A stretch of DNA of 57,988 bases from an uncultured Nitrospiraceae bacterium (GCA_964555115.1 CAZKRH010000172.1:1-57988); one strand, 5' to 3'. Counted from the stretch's first letter, positions 8,838 through 17,839 are shown. Translations and numbers: made by a program. The notes: a model not told the origin generated them from the letters alone.

Positions 8838-9064
8838 ATCCAACTATTGGATGCCCAACCACGAATTTTGTAACCAGAAAGATTTCTCTGGTTTTTGGTG
8901 AGCGCGGGACAAGAGGGAAGGGAGAGCCATGAAGGGGAAAATGAGACTTTCCCAACTATAGGTTCTTGGAGATGAAATCGCAGGCAAAATGGTGAAGGGA
9001 AAAAGATCGCATCAAATAATGATGTTCGCAATTATTCTTTTAATAGCCGGGAAAGGAACTACTC

Positions 9065-9436
9065 ATGAGCGATGAAAAAATCAGATATGCCCTTGGGGGA
9101 TCTGGGCAACTGTATAAATTTACCGGGAAAGACCTTCCAGCTGGAGCGGACCCCCTCATTGAGGAAGATGGCACGACGTTAACTGCTACCGGAAACCAAT
9201 ATTGTAAAACTCGTGGGATCGGTTTTCCCAATGCAGAAGTCCTTCGAGTGCTTTGCGACCAATATAGTTCGGCCACTCTCACCATGGCGGCTTCAGCCCA
9301 TGACCTCAATTTGGACTTAATGCCACAACGGCAAGACAAGACCAAAGAAATGTCAGAACGGTTGCGGTTGGATTGGGAAAAACAGGATAAGGCTTATAAA
9401 GAAAGCCAGGCCGCAAAAAAAATAAGTGCAGGTTGA
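9065..9436 (+). CDS. hypothetical protein
   Basis: The ORF is preceded by GGAAAGGAA and has a balanced composition with a charged C-terminal tail. Confidence 0.45.
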   Translation: MSDEKIRYALGGSGQLYKFTGKDLPAGADPLIEEDGTTLTATGNQYCKTRGIGFPNAEVLRVLCDQYSSATLTMAASAHDLNLDLMPQRQDKTKEMSERLRLDWEKQDKAYKESQAAKKISAG

Positions 9437-9619
9437 TCTCACACACTAATCACTGACGGTAGTTATTCGTGTATGGCTAGGCTGAGAGGGGTATGGCCTT
9501 TGAATACTAGAGAAGAGATTATGTAACATTGCCCTTCGGAAGGATTTCGCCTTGATCATCATGTATCTCTCTTTTTCCGGATACACTCCTATTCATCTTA
9601 TATGTAAAGGAAGCACTCC

Positions 9620-9718
9620 ATGAGTAAAGGTCTCAACCAAAAAAAAGACAGCAAGAAAAAACCTGCTAAAACGATGAAAGAGAAAAAGGCCGAGAAACGA
9701 TCTAAGAAAAATTCCTAA
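9620..9718 (+). CDS. unannotated 32-aa lysine-rich small ORF (MSKGLNQKKDSKKKPAKTMKEKKAEKRSKKNS)
   Basis: ATG at 9620 is preceded by AAGGAAG about 8 nt upstream, and TAA ends at 9718. The ORF is below the track's size cut-off. Confidence 0.3.
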   Translation: MSKGLNQKKDSKKKPAKTMKEKKAEKRSKKNS

Positions 9719-9765
9719 TCCTTTGGAGAGGAATATCCTCAAGTGATATCGTATGGCGGGACAGC

Positions 9766-10428
9766 CTATTCTGTTCCGACATTCGTCTCATCCCTTTCTT
9801 CATTTTTCCGTTCTGACACATCTACTACAAAACGATCTAGAATATGTGTTAAGGCTTGATTGAAGGCCATCACGGCTTCCGGGACTCCAGCGCCATTGGC
9901 CTGTTGCTCTTCGGTATACGTGTGCAACCAAAACGCTTCCCTCTCTCTCGTGTGAGTCAAGCCCAATTCCAGTTCTATCACGACTCGTGGTGACCCACCC
10001 AATACACGCTCCAGCTTCGCCATTCGGCAGGATAATACGTAGTCAGAATTCGTTCGGTGTTCGGGTATGACCACTTGCTCAGCAATGTTCGAAGCCCGAA
10101 GATACTTGGCGATTTCTTGTTGAAGGAGATTGGTTGGGGAATCAACCCATCGGTGATACGCATGACGATGGAGTTGGGCCGTTCCACTATCTTGGCGATA
10201 CACAATATGCCGTTCTCCTGTGAGCGCATCTGCCCAGGGTCGTAATATTTGCAAGGTTCCTTTTAAGGGTGGAACGTCTAATGAGGTGACTGGTGGCTGA
10301 AGCTCCAACCGGTAATAGTGATCTTGGGGTGCTGGCCCTCCACCCAAACACCCCTCTAACACCAGGAGGAGGATGGCCCCCACTAAAATTTTTCCATCCC
10401 ACCATCCCATCCACTTCACCCGACTCAT
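9766..10428 (-). CDS. ABC-transport auxiliary lipoprotein (PqiC/YmbA-like, DUF330)
   Basis: It has a lipobox (LLVLEGC) and a 'YYRLE' start to the mature domain. It overlaps the upstream MCE gene by 4 nt (ATGA). Confidence 0.7.
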   Translation of the reverse strand: MSRVKWMGWWDGKILVGAILLLVLEGCLGGGPAPQDHYYRLELQPPVTSLDVPPLKGTLQILRPWADALTGERHIVYRQDSGTAQLHRHAYHRWVDSPTNLLQQEIAKYLRASNIAEQVVIPEHRTNSDYVLSCRMAKLERVLGGSPRVVIELELGLTHTREREAFWLHTYTEEQQANGAGVPEAVMAFNQALTHILDRFVVDVSERKNEERDETNVGTE

Positions 10429-11369
10429 TTTGTGTCCGTCCCAATTTCTTCAGAAAATTGCCGGCCCCGAATAATCAGCCCAGGGTTCTGTCGAATTTCT
10501 GCGGTTAATTCATTCATGTTTCGCATCGTGGCTTCGAGGTTATAACTGATTTCTTGCACATGACTCGCGACAACTTCCAACGTGTGATGAAGATCTTTCA
10601 CCGAATGGTCAATATCTTTCCGATTCGTCTCCACCAGGGTATTCATGGATGCCAACAAGGAATCCAGACGTTGGCTCGTCTCACGAAATCCAACCGTGAG
10701 CGCTGAAATATTTTGTGAGGCGGTTTCCACATCACTCAGAATGTTATCGACACTTCCCTCAGTACGGTCTAACAGGCTATTCACTCGAACCGTCGTCTCA
10801 TTGAGTTGAACAGTGAAGGTTTTGAGATTGTCGAGTATAATTGGCGCATCCTCTCCTAAATCTTTCAGGGATCCTGTCCCCGCGGCCAAATTGTCTAATA
10901 ATGGTTTCAGACTGGTGTCACTCAACTCTCCTAATTTGTGTGCCAGCGCCGACATGGTCGTGAGAATGTTGGTTGTTACCAAACTTGGAATACGATCTCC
11001 AGGATTCAACATGTCTTTGGATTTCCCTTCACGAATATCGACCACCACGGCTGAAAGAAATCCTGCCTTGGTAATGATAGCGGTGGAGTCATCTGGGATA
11101 GGCCATCCTTCTTGAATCGAGACATTCACTCGATACACGGAAGATTCTGTCCCCCGCGCTAGCACAATACCTTCGATTTCTCCAACTGGAAACCCCTCAA
11201 AAAGAATTTGTCCTCCCTCCGTCAGGCCCATGACATTTTCAAATTCCAAATAATAGGCCTGCGTTCCTTGGGTTCCCCCCGACAACATGGTAAGCCAAAC
11301 CAGTAAAGCCCCCAAGAGACCCAATAAAAACGTCCCCACCACGATGTAATTTGTCCGAGAATCACGCAT
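10425..11369 (-). CDS. MCE-domain protein (MlaD-like) with long C-terminal helical extension
   Basis: An N-terminal TM anchor is followed by an MCE domain (YYLEFENVMGLTEGGQILFEGFPVGEIEGI) and about 180 aa of helical, coiled-coil-like sequence. Confidence 0.85.
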   Translation of the reverse strand: MRDSRTNYIVVGTFLLGLLGALLVWLTMLSGGTQGTQAYYLEFENVMGLTEGGQILFEGFPVGEIEGIVLARGTESSVYRVNVSIQEGWPIPDDSTAIITKAGFLSAVVVDIREGKSKDMLNPGDRIPSLVTTNILTTMSALAHKLGELSDTSLKPLLDNLAAGTGSLKDLGEDAPIILDNLKTFTVQLNETTVRVNSLLDRTEGSVDNILSDVETASQNISALTVGFRETSQRLDSLLASMNTLVETNRKDIDHSVKDLHHTLEVVASHVQEISYNLEATMRNMNELTAEIRQNPGLIIRGRQFSEEIGTDTK

Positions 11370-11397
11370 GGATATTTTCCCAGAATTGACCCGCTGT

Positions 11398-12222
11398 TTA
11401 TACGGCCTCTCCTGTTAATCGTGCAATATATTCATCGGGATCGAGTGTTTCTTCTTCAAATCGTCGGTTGAGTAAATCCTGGATCCGCTTATTATCCGAA
11501 GACCGAACTTCATCCACGGTCCCTATCGTCAGAATCTTCCCCTGATCCAATACGGTGATGCGGTCAGCAATTCTAAAGGCGCTCTCCAGTTCGTGGGTCA
11601 CTACCACAATAGTCATAGCTAACGCATCTCGTAATCGCAAAATGAGTTCATCCAATGATGACGAGACCACTGGATCCAACCCTGCAGACGGTTCATCACA
11701 AAATAGCAGCGCAGGATCCATAATGACCGCACGTGCAAAAGCTGCCCGCTTGAGCATGCCCCCGGATAATTCTGAAGGCATCAGGTTTTCAAATCCTGCA
11801 AGATTGACCACCTCCAATTTTAACCGGACCATGATCTCCATGGTTTTCTCATCGAGCTCGGTATGTTCCCGCAGAGGCAGCATGATATTTTCACCTACAG
11901 TCATGGAACTAAACAGGGCCCCACCTTGAAAGGCGACTCCCAATTTTCGGTAAAATTGATTGAGTGCCTGATCACTCATGCGGCCAATGTCTTGCCCCAA
12001 AAGAGAAATACACCCCGACGTGGCCCGCTCCAACCCAATGAGATGTCGTAAGAGGGTGCTCTTTCCAGATCCACTGCCCCCCATCACCACCATAATCTCA
12101 CCTTTTCGCACTGTGAGACTGATACCCTGGAGAATTTGTCGGGACCCATAATGCGTCACGAGATCTGTGACGGCTATCACCGAGTCCTGAGCGGTCATTG
12201 GGTCTATGATCTCTTCCTTCAT
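11398..12222 (-). CDS. ABC transporter ATP-binding protein (MlaF-like)
   Basis: Walker A GGSGSGKST, signature LSGGMLKR and Walker B LLFCDEPSAGLD are all present. Confidence 0.9.
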   Translation of the reverse strand: MKEEIIDPMTAQDSVIAVTDLVTHYGSRQILQGISLTVRKGEIMVVMGGSGSGKSTLLRHLIGLERATSGCISLLGQDIGRMSDQALNQFYRKLGVAFQGGALFSSMTVGENIMLPLREHTELDEKTMEIMVRLKLEVVNLAGFENLMPSELSGGMLKRAAFARAVIMDPALLFCDEPSAGLDPVVSSSLDELILRLRDALAMTIVVVTHELESAFRIADRITVLDQGKILTIGTVDEVRSSDNKRIQDLLNRRFEEETLDPDEYIARLTGEAV

Positions 12223-13061
12223 CTCGTCATCATAAATACCACCACTAAATCAGCCAAAATAATCGCCAAGATGGAATGGACGACCGCATTGGTCGTGACT
12301 CGCCCGACCCCCTCAGCCCCGCCGGTCACCGAAGCTCCATTGACCACACCCACAAGAGTAATGAGGGTTCCAAACACCACACTCTTTCCTAATCCATGCC
12401 ACACATCATGGGTATCCAAAATCTGGGTGGTTTGATTCACAAAGGTGCCAAAGGTCATACCGAGATCGGACGTGATATACATACCCGCCCCAAAGAGCGC
12501 GATAAAATCCGACCATAATGTCAGAGCCGGTAACATGACCATCATGGCCAACAAACTTGGCACGACTAAAAACCGAACAGGATTAATGCCCATGATTCGT
12601 AAGGCATCTACTTCATTGTTGATCGTCATCGTACTCAAGCGCGCGGCTAATGCCGATCCCGATCGACCTGCCACTAAAATTCCGGTGATGAGTGGAGCAA
12701 ATTCCCTCACCACCGACAGAGCCACTCCCAAGGTGACCTGGTGTTCGGCCCCAAAATCTTTCAGCGCATCAATCCCTTGGATGGCCAACATGAGGCCAAT
12801 GGTCAGTGACACAACAGAAATAATGGGAATCGCCCGAATCCCCACTTCCATCATTTGAGTAAAAACCGGAGCCAGCCGAACTGGTTGGTGCTGGCGCCGA
12901 CCCACTACGATCCAATATCCAGCTTGGTAGAACAGGATGGTGCCAAACCCTACGGACTCGATCCATCGAGTGGCCCCCCGACCAAGCGATTCAACTATTC
13001 CCAAGACCGAATGAGAAGACTGATCAGGATTCGGCATTAAAGACACTTTCCACGTTTTCAT
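12219..13061 (-). CDS. ABC transporter permease (MlaE family)
   Basis: This is a polytopic permease with MlaE-type motifs (REFAPLITGILVAGRSGSALAA...EVDALR). It overlaps mlaF by 4 nt. Confidence 0.9.
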   Translation of the reverse strand: MKTWKVSLMPNPDQSSHSVLGIVESLGRGATRWIESVGFGTILFYQAGYWIVVGRRQHQPVRLAPVFTQMMEVGIRAIPIISVVSLTIGLMLAIQGIDALKDFGAEHQVTLGVALSVVREFAPLITGILVAGRSGSALAARLSTMTINNEVDALRIMGINPVRFLVVPSLLAMMVMLPALTLWSDFIALFGAGMYITSDLGMTFGTFVNQTTQILDTHDVWHGLGKSVVFGTLITLVGVVNGASVTGGAEGVGRVTTNAVVHSILAIILADLVVVFMMTR

Positions 13062-13356
13062 AAAAGGTAAAGACTTTATCCAGTCTCGCCAAATTCAACA
13101 CGCGCAACACGGCGGGATTGACATTCACTAAGGCAAACTCCACTCCCTTTTTTTTGGCTTTTTGATACGCCTCCACGAGACTCGCAATACCAGAGCTATC
13201 CATATAGGGTACTGCCGAGAGCTCCACCAGTACAGGCTTTCCCCGATCAACCACCTCCAGCAACACCTTCCTGACTTTTGGTGAATTTTCTAAGTCAATT
13301 TCCCCACTCAACGCCACAATCTGCTTTCCACGATCTTCTGTAATTTGATGTTTCAT
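13024..13356 (-). CDS. STAS-domain protein (SpoIIAA/RsbV-type anti-sigma antagonist fold; possible MlaB equivalent)
   Basis: The conserved phospho-acceptor motif is present (VPYMDSSGIASL). ATG at 13356 is preceded by GGAGCCGGAAG; the track's TTG start at 13377 is less likely. The 3' end overlaps the MlaE ORF. Confidence 0.85.
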   Translation of the reverse strand: MKHQITEDRGKQIVALSGEIDLENSPKVRKVLLEVVDRGKPVLVELSAVPYMDSSGIASLVEAYQKAKKKGVEFALVNVNPAVLRVLNLARLDKVFTFYENVESVFNAES

Positions 13357-13389
13357 AAGATTGTCTTCCGGCTCCAAGAAATTAGGCTA

Positions 13390-13570
13390 AGGACCTGAGA
13401 GAAAATAACTTGGACATCTCGCATCCAATCTTCGGGCCATCTTTGAACGGGCCTCAATCGAAACACCCTCACCATAGTTGTGCTATGCCTCCGGTCTTTC
13501 TCAATCGTTCCGTCCAAATCCGACCCAAATCTTGGCGCAATATTGTCCAAGTTATTTTCTCTCAGGTCCT
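13390..13570 (+). mobile_element. MITE family 1, copy 1 (181 bp, perfect 26-bp TIR AGGACCTGAGAGAAAATAACTTGGAC)
   Basis: The terminal inverted repeats are read directly from the sequence. A second copy in inverted orientation lies at 35188..35368. Confidence 0.85.
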
Positions 13571-13992
13571 AAGTGCTTCACCATCTGTAACACGTTTCCG
13601 ATTCCCTCCGGGGGTGGGCCCATAGACACCTCATCCATGACCTGTTGAATGAAATGGCAACCCAACCCTCCAGGGCGCAGGTCTTCCAAATCTCGAGTCT
13701 TCATGCAATCCTTACCTACATTTGGGCCATAATCCCGCAACATAATCACCAACGTATTGTCCCTCTGATAGATGTGCAATACGATCAGGTCATCTGTTTC
13801 TCCTTGATAGGCATGTCGAATGATATTTTGACAAGCTTCATCAATGGCCAACACAATATCCTCAACCGAAATTGACGAACATATCCCTTGCCCTAAGGCT
13901 TTTCGAACGAGGGACCGTGTTTCACACAATTCCTTGGCGCGCGCCTGGAATTGATGATTAACCAATAGAGGGTGGTCTAAAGGGACATCCAT
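13552..13992 (-). CDS. RsbW/SpoIIAB-like serine protein kinase (HATPase_c_2)
   Basis: The N-box (EACQNIIRHAY), G1 (RDYGPN) and G2 (GGLGCHF) motifs are present. The real start is the ATG at 13992 (MDVPLDH); the upstream part of track ORF 13552..14136 is MITE sequence. The last codons and the stop lie inside MITE family 1. Confidence 0.8.
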   Translation of the reverse strand: MDVPLDHPLLVNHQFQARAKELCETRSLVRKALGQGICSSISVEDIVLAIDEACQNIIRHAYQGETDDLIVLHIYQRDNTLVIMLRDYGPNVGKDCMKTRDLEDLRPGGLGCHFIQQVMDEVSMGPPPEGIGNVLQMVKHLGPERK

Positions 13993-14014
13993 GTTTTTCT
14001 CAATGTTCTTTGTT

Positions 14015-14196
14015 GGGACTATTGAAAAAGACGGCCAGTATCGCTCCCATAAATTTGTCGCTCGTTTCTTGTTGTTCGTGTTTTGTGATTTTGCACCTCT
14101 TCTTTTATCTAGCAACGAGAGACGAGCAACGAGCAACCATTCTCATGTTTTCTCTCAATTTGGCTTTGCTGGACCAGCCTATTTGAACAGTCCCTG
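14015..14196 (-). mobile_element. MITE family 2, divergent copy
   Basis: The termini are GGGACTATTGAAAAAGACGGCC and TATTTGAACAGTCCCTG. The core 'CTAGCAACGAGAGACGAGCAACGAGCAAC' is shared with the copies at 15608 and 35429. Confidence 0.7.
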
Positions 14197-14244
14197 GTTC
14201 TGCCTGAGGACTACCGCAAGGCTTCCCCATCACTTTGAGCAGAC

Positions 14245-15504
14245 TTATTTGAACTCAACGGATAGAATCGACAGATCATCATGAATCTGATTTGTTTCTG
14301 TCCAATCCAGTACCGAGTTCACAATTGAATTGACACTGTCCTGTAATCCTTCAGGTTGATGATCCTGAATGGTGGAACGCAGCCGTGCTTCACTAAAGAT
14401 TTTGCGTTCTGGATTCATCGCTTCCAGCACCCCGTCTGAATACAAATACACTCGAGCTCCAGGCTCCAACACAATCGTATTTTCTGTATAAGTCTCATCT
14501 TCGAAGAGCCCAATGGGTAAACTTGGCGCGTCACACAATTGTGCCTGTTGGCCAGGGCTCAACAGAATGGGAGGAGGATGCCCGGCACAGACATAGGTAA
14601 ACCTTCGGTTTTCGGTATCAAGAATCCCATAAATCAAGGTGAAATATTGTTGAGTGTCTTCCGTCATTGGGAACATGTGGTTGAGTCTGGTGGCCACCTC
14701 GGCAGGAGGCACCAAGGTGCCTCCTGCTTCCGACGTAAACAAGCACGAAGGATCCCGTCTTGGTATCAATACACGACTGAGGGTCACAGATAATAACGAT
14801 GCGGGAACACCATGACCGGTTACATCTAACACATACATCCCGATATGGTGTTCATCGAGTTGAAAGACATTTAACGAATCTCCCCCGAGTTCGGCACACG
14901 GGCGATAAACCCATCCAAAAGTCACACCCGGACTGGCTGGAAGGGTGTCTGGTAAAAGAGCCTGCTGGACTCGGGCTGCCGCCGCTAAGTCCTTTCGCAT
15001 GTGCTCATTCGCAATTTCTGTTTGAACCATGGCTGCACACAACGCCTCTTCCGTCCGTTTGCGTTCCACCACTTCTAGTTGAAGGTCCGATATCGTTTCC
15101 TCTAATTGCACTTGAAGACTGCGTATTTTTAAATGCGTCGTCACACGAACCAACACCTCTTCAAGTTGAAGAGGTTTCGTCACATAATCCACTGCCCCAT
15201 ACGCAAACCCTTTCACTGTACTGACCGAATCTGTCAGGGCCGTCATAAAAATGACCGGGGTATCTTTGGTGTGCTCCATTTCCTTAAACCGGCGACAGGT
15301 TTCAAACCCATCCATACCTGGCATCATAATATCCAAGAGAATAATATCTGGTTGAACGAGTTGGCTTTGCTCTAAGGCCGTTTCCCCATCAGGAGCCACC
15401 ATGAGTTCAAACCCATAAGCTGAAAAACTTTCAACTAACACTTCCAGATTCGTCGGAGAATCGTCGACCAGGAGAATCACTCCCAGGTTTGTGGATGATG
15501 CCAT
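14245..15504 (-). CDS. response-regulator receiver fused to PP2C (SpoIIE/RsbU-type) phosphatase
   Basis: The receiver domain is clear (ILLVDDSPTNLEVL...DIILLDIMMPGMDGFE). A coiled linker leads to a PP2C domain (GGDSLNVF...YVLDVTGHGVPASL...LYSDGVLEA). Confidence 0.9.
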   Translation of the reverse strand: MASSTNLGVILLVDDSPTNLEVLVESFSAYGFELMVAPDGETALEQSQLVQPDIILLDIMMPGMDGFETCRRFKEMEHTKDTPVIFMTALTDSVSTVKGFAYGAVDYVTKPLQLEEVLVRVTTHLKIRSLQVQLEETISDLQLEVVERKRTEEALCAAMVQTEIANEHMRKDLAAAARVQQALLPDTLPASPGVTFGWVYRPCAELGGDSLNVFQLDEHHIGMYVLDVTGHGVPASLLSVTLSRVLIPRRDPSCLFTSEAGGTLVPPAEVATRLNHMFPMTEDTQQYFTLIYGILDTENRRFTYVCAGHPPPILLSPGQQAQLCDAPSLPIGLFEDETYTENTIVLEPGARVYLYSDGVLEAMNPERKIFSEARLRSTIQDHQPEGLQDSVNSIVNSVLDWTETNQIHDDLSILSVEFK

Positions 15505-15607
15505 GTTCTGCTCATTCTCTCCTACGGAAAATTTCTATTCAGGTTCTGTGGAAAAAATCTACAATAGTAGGTTAGTCCTGATCCACATCCTAAAACGACA
15601 GAATGTG

Positions 15608-15779
15608 CAGGGACTGTTCAAAAAGGCCGCACAAACAGAAAACATAGGATTTGTTGCTCGTTGCTCGTCTCTCGCTGCTGGAAAAATAAGAAGTGCAAGA
15701 TCCTAAAATACTAGCGACCAGGAACGAGCAACGAGCGACTAACCAAGAAACGCCGCTAGCGGCTTTTTTCAACAGTCCC
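15608..15779 (+). mobile_element. MITE family 2, reference copy
   Basis: The termini are CAGGGACTGTTCAAAAAGGCCGC and GCGGCTTTTTTCAACAGTCCC. The internal inverted repeat is GCTCGTTGCTCGT / ACGAGCAACGAGC. Confidence 0.8.
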
Positions 15780-16008
15780 ATTCAAATTATTACGTAAGCC
15801 TGTCCTTGTGGCAAATACTTCTAGAAGGGGAACTGGGCTCATCTTAGTGGTCTCAAGACCCCACACCTTATACCGACTGGTTGGATTTAAATCTCTCCCT
15901 GCTGGCACACGGCAAAACCTGCCCAATTGGACACATCCTATCGATGTCAGAAAGGGAAAATACCAAAAAGGAGTTGAACGGAGAAGAGGGAACAGGGATG
16001 GGTGAAAA

Positions 16009-16521
16009 TTAAAAACCGGTTCCGATTCCAATGCCCCCGCCAAGACCTAGGCCAATTCCAAACCCTTGTTCTTGCTGAGCGGATTGAGGTTCCCACACAT
16101 GGAGGTGTTTAATCACTAAGGAAGGATAGGCATATTCCACCTCATCGACATTGCCGAGAACAGTCCCCGTCACCTCACCGACAATCGTGACTCGTGGATT
16201 TCCTGAGAATGTGGCTGGATCAAGAAAGCTTTTTTCGAGTGCCAGAAAACGACCTTGAGAGGAGGTCCGTTGAACAGCCGGCATCCGGCTATCATCTAAA
16301 GGCAACTGTAACACCTGGAGTCGGGTCCCCTCTTGTTGTCTTTTGGCTGACAGAACTTCCCCACCCACGACCACCGTTTTCCCTATATAGGAATCGGGAT
16401 TTTGTAACAGTTCGGGAAAGGTCACCGTTTTATCAATTTGAGCATCTAATGTTTTTGGGATGTCCGCACCGGGGGACGCACATCCCGAAAGAAGGACCAA
16501 GCCCAACAATAACCACCTCAT
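16009..16521 (-). CDS. Slp/YeaY family outer-membrane lipoprotein
   Basis: It has a lipobox (LLSGC) and the family pattern 'YIGKTVVVGGEVLS...LQLPLDDSRMP...SQGRFLA...DPATFSGNPRVTIVGEV'. The tail is Gly-rich. Confidence 0.7.
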   Translation of the reverse strand: MRWLLLGLVLLSGCASPGADIPKTLDAQIDKTVTFPELLQNPDSYIGKTVVVGGEVLSAKRQQEGTRLQVLQLPLDDSRMPAVQRTSSQGRFLALEKSFLDPATFSGNPRVTIVGEVTGTVLGNVDEVEYAYPSLVIKHLHVWEPQSAQQEQGFGIGLGLGGGIGIGTGF

Positions 16522-16666
16522 GGTTCGGTGATATCACATATCTGTACTGTACCATAGAATGGTCAATCGACAAATTACGGAAATTTTCTTTCGTTCATTG
16601 ATCGTTGAGTCACCATGAACGTTTCCGAAATATCCCGGAACTCTGAAAAAGGAACAGGTGATCGGA

Positions 16667-17839
16667 CTAGGAGACCGTTTTGGCTTCCGAGGGAGGGGAA
16701 ATCGTGGAGACGGCTTCTTTCAGGGCCCGTTCCGATCCCAATAACAAGGCAATCCACCGCGTTTCTGTTTTACTTTCCAAGGCTATTTTCACCACCATCG
16801 TCAAGGGAACGGACAGGATCATCCCCACGGGTCCCCAGACCCAACCCCAAAACACGAGTGACAGAAATACTGTGAGGGTTGAAAGGCCCAATCGTTGGCC
16901 CATAATCTTGGGTTCAATCACATTTCCAAACACAATATTAATGACCACATACCCTGCGGCCACCATCAAGGCTCTGCCGAGGCCAAATTGAATAAAGGCT
17001 AATAGCACCGCTGGTGTCCCAGCAATAATTGATCCCAAGTTGGGAATGTAATTTAATAAAAACGCCAGGACTCCCCACAGCACAGGAAAATCAACACCCA
17101 GAACCGCTACCCATATCCCCACCGTAAGTCCAGTGCCGATACTGACCACTGTCTTAATGGCCAAAAAATGCTGAACGTCATGGGTAAAATTAGTGAAATT
17201 GGACAATGAATCTTTCCCCTCTCCCCAAACCACTTGTATCTTTTTTGTAAACGAACAGGCTTCCACCAACATAAAAATGACTGTGAGGAAGATCAAAAAC
17301 ATATTCGTAAAAATTTCCCCCAACCCTTTGAGCATATTGGCACCCAATGTCATGGCAGCCCCAGGATCCACAAATTCCGCCAATCTATCAGTTGAAACCT
17401 CAATTCCACTACTTTGGAGCCAAGTCAAGACTGAACCCATTTCCTCATGAAGCCGTGCCTGATACCGAGGAACGGCCTCAGAAAAATCATTGACCGACGT
17501 GCCAATCATGGCTCCAATCCCCACACCTATTCCGACAACCCCTAACATGACTATGAGAACCGCGACACCAGAGGGAATTCCTTTTCCTTCCAACCAAAAG
17601 ACAGGTGCCGCACAAATCACTGCTAAAAAAACCGATAACAGGAGCGGCACTAAAATAGAATCTGCGGCCCGCATTCCCGCTACGACCACCACCAGCCATC
17701 CCAACGTGGTTAGCACTGGCAACCCTGCACCTTTATTCAACATTTCTGCCATAGGCCTCCCGGCATTTACCTCTCTTATTGGCGCCGTTCCATACGATTT
17801 CTGATTTGAACCGCCCACCTTTTGAGATGGATCTTCCAT
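16667..17839 (-). CDS. AI-2E family transporter (PerM/YhhT, UPF0118)
   Basis: It has the polytopic architecture and the C-terminal motif 'LNYIPNLGSIIAGTPAVLLA...GNVIEPKIMGQRLGLSTLTVFLSLVFWGWVWGPVGMILSVPLT'. Confidence 0.85.
   Translation of the reverse strand: MEDPSQKVGGSNQKSYGTAPIREVNAGRPMAEMLNKGAGLPVLTTLGWLVVVVAGMRAADSILVPLLLSVFLAVICAAPVFWLEGKGIPSGVAVLIVMLGVVGIGVGIGAMIGTSVNDFSEAVPRYQARLHEEMGSVLTWLQSSGIEVSTDRLAEFVDPGAAMTLGANMLKGLGEIFTNMFLIFLTVIFMLVEACSFTKKIQVVWGEGKDSLSNFTNFTHDVQHFLAIKTVVSIGTGLTVGIWVAVLGVDFPVLWGVLAFLLNYIPNLGSIIAGTPAVLLAFIQFGLGRALMVAAGYVVINIVFGNVIEPKIMGQRLGLSTLTVFLSLVFWGWVWGPVGMILSVPLTMVVKIALESKTETRWIALLLGSERALKEAVSTISPPSEAKTVS

Noticed and set aside
8628-9345. ORFs 8628..8813, 8687..9031 and 9040..9345
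   Set aside because: They have no RBS and an implausible composition. They overlap the probable SRP RNA, or lie antisense to the more plausible 9065..9436 ORF.
13353-13625. ORFs 13353..13550 (-) and 13410..13625 (+), near-identical to 35127..35348 and 35208..35438
   Set aside because: The protein-level identity comes from the two copies of MITE family 1. The ORFs begin and end inside the repeat, so this is not a duplicated gene.
13993-14284. N-terminal 48 codons of track ORF 13552..14136, plus ORF 13991..14284; also 15590..15781 and 35435..35617 (SSNERRATSN-type peptides)
   Set aside because: These are translations of MITE family 2. The kinase domain starts at the ATG at 13992.
15745-15770. 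GCCGCTAGCGGC palindrome plus T-run at the MITE end, considered as an intrinsic terminator
   Set aside because: The stem would be only 4 bp with a 4-nt loop. The palindrome is also not conserved in the other copies; only the T-run is.
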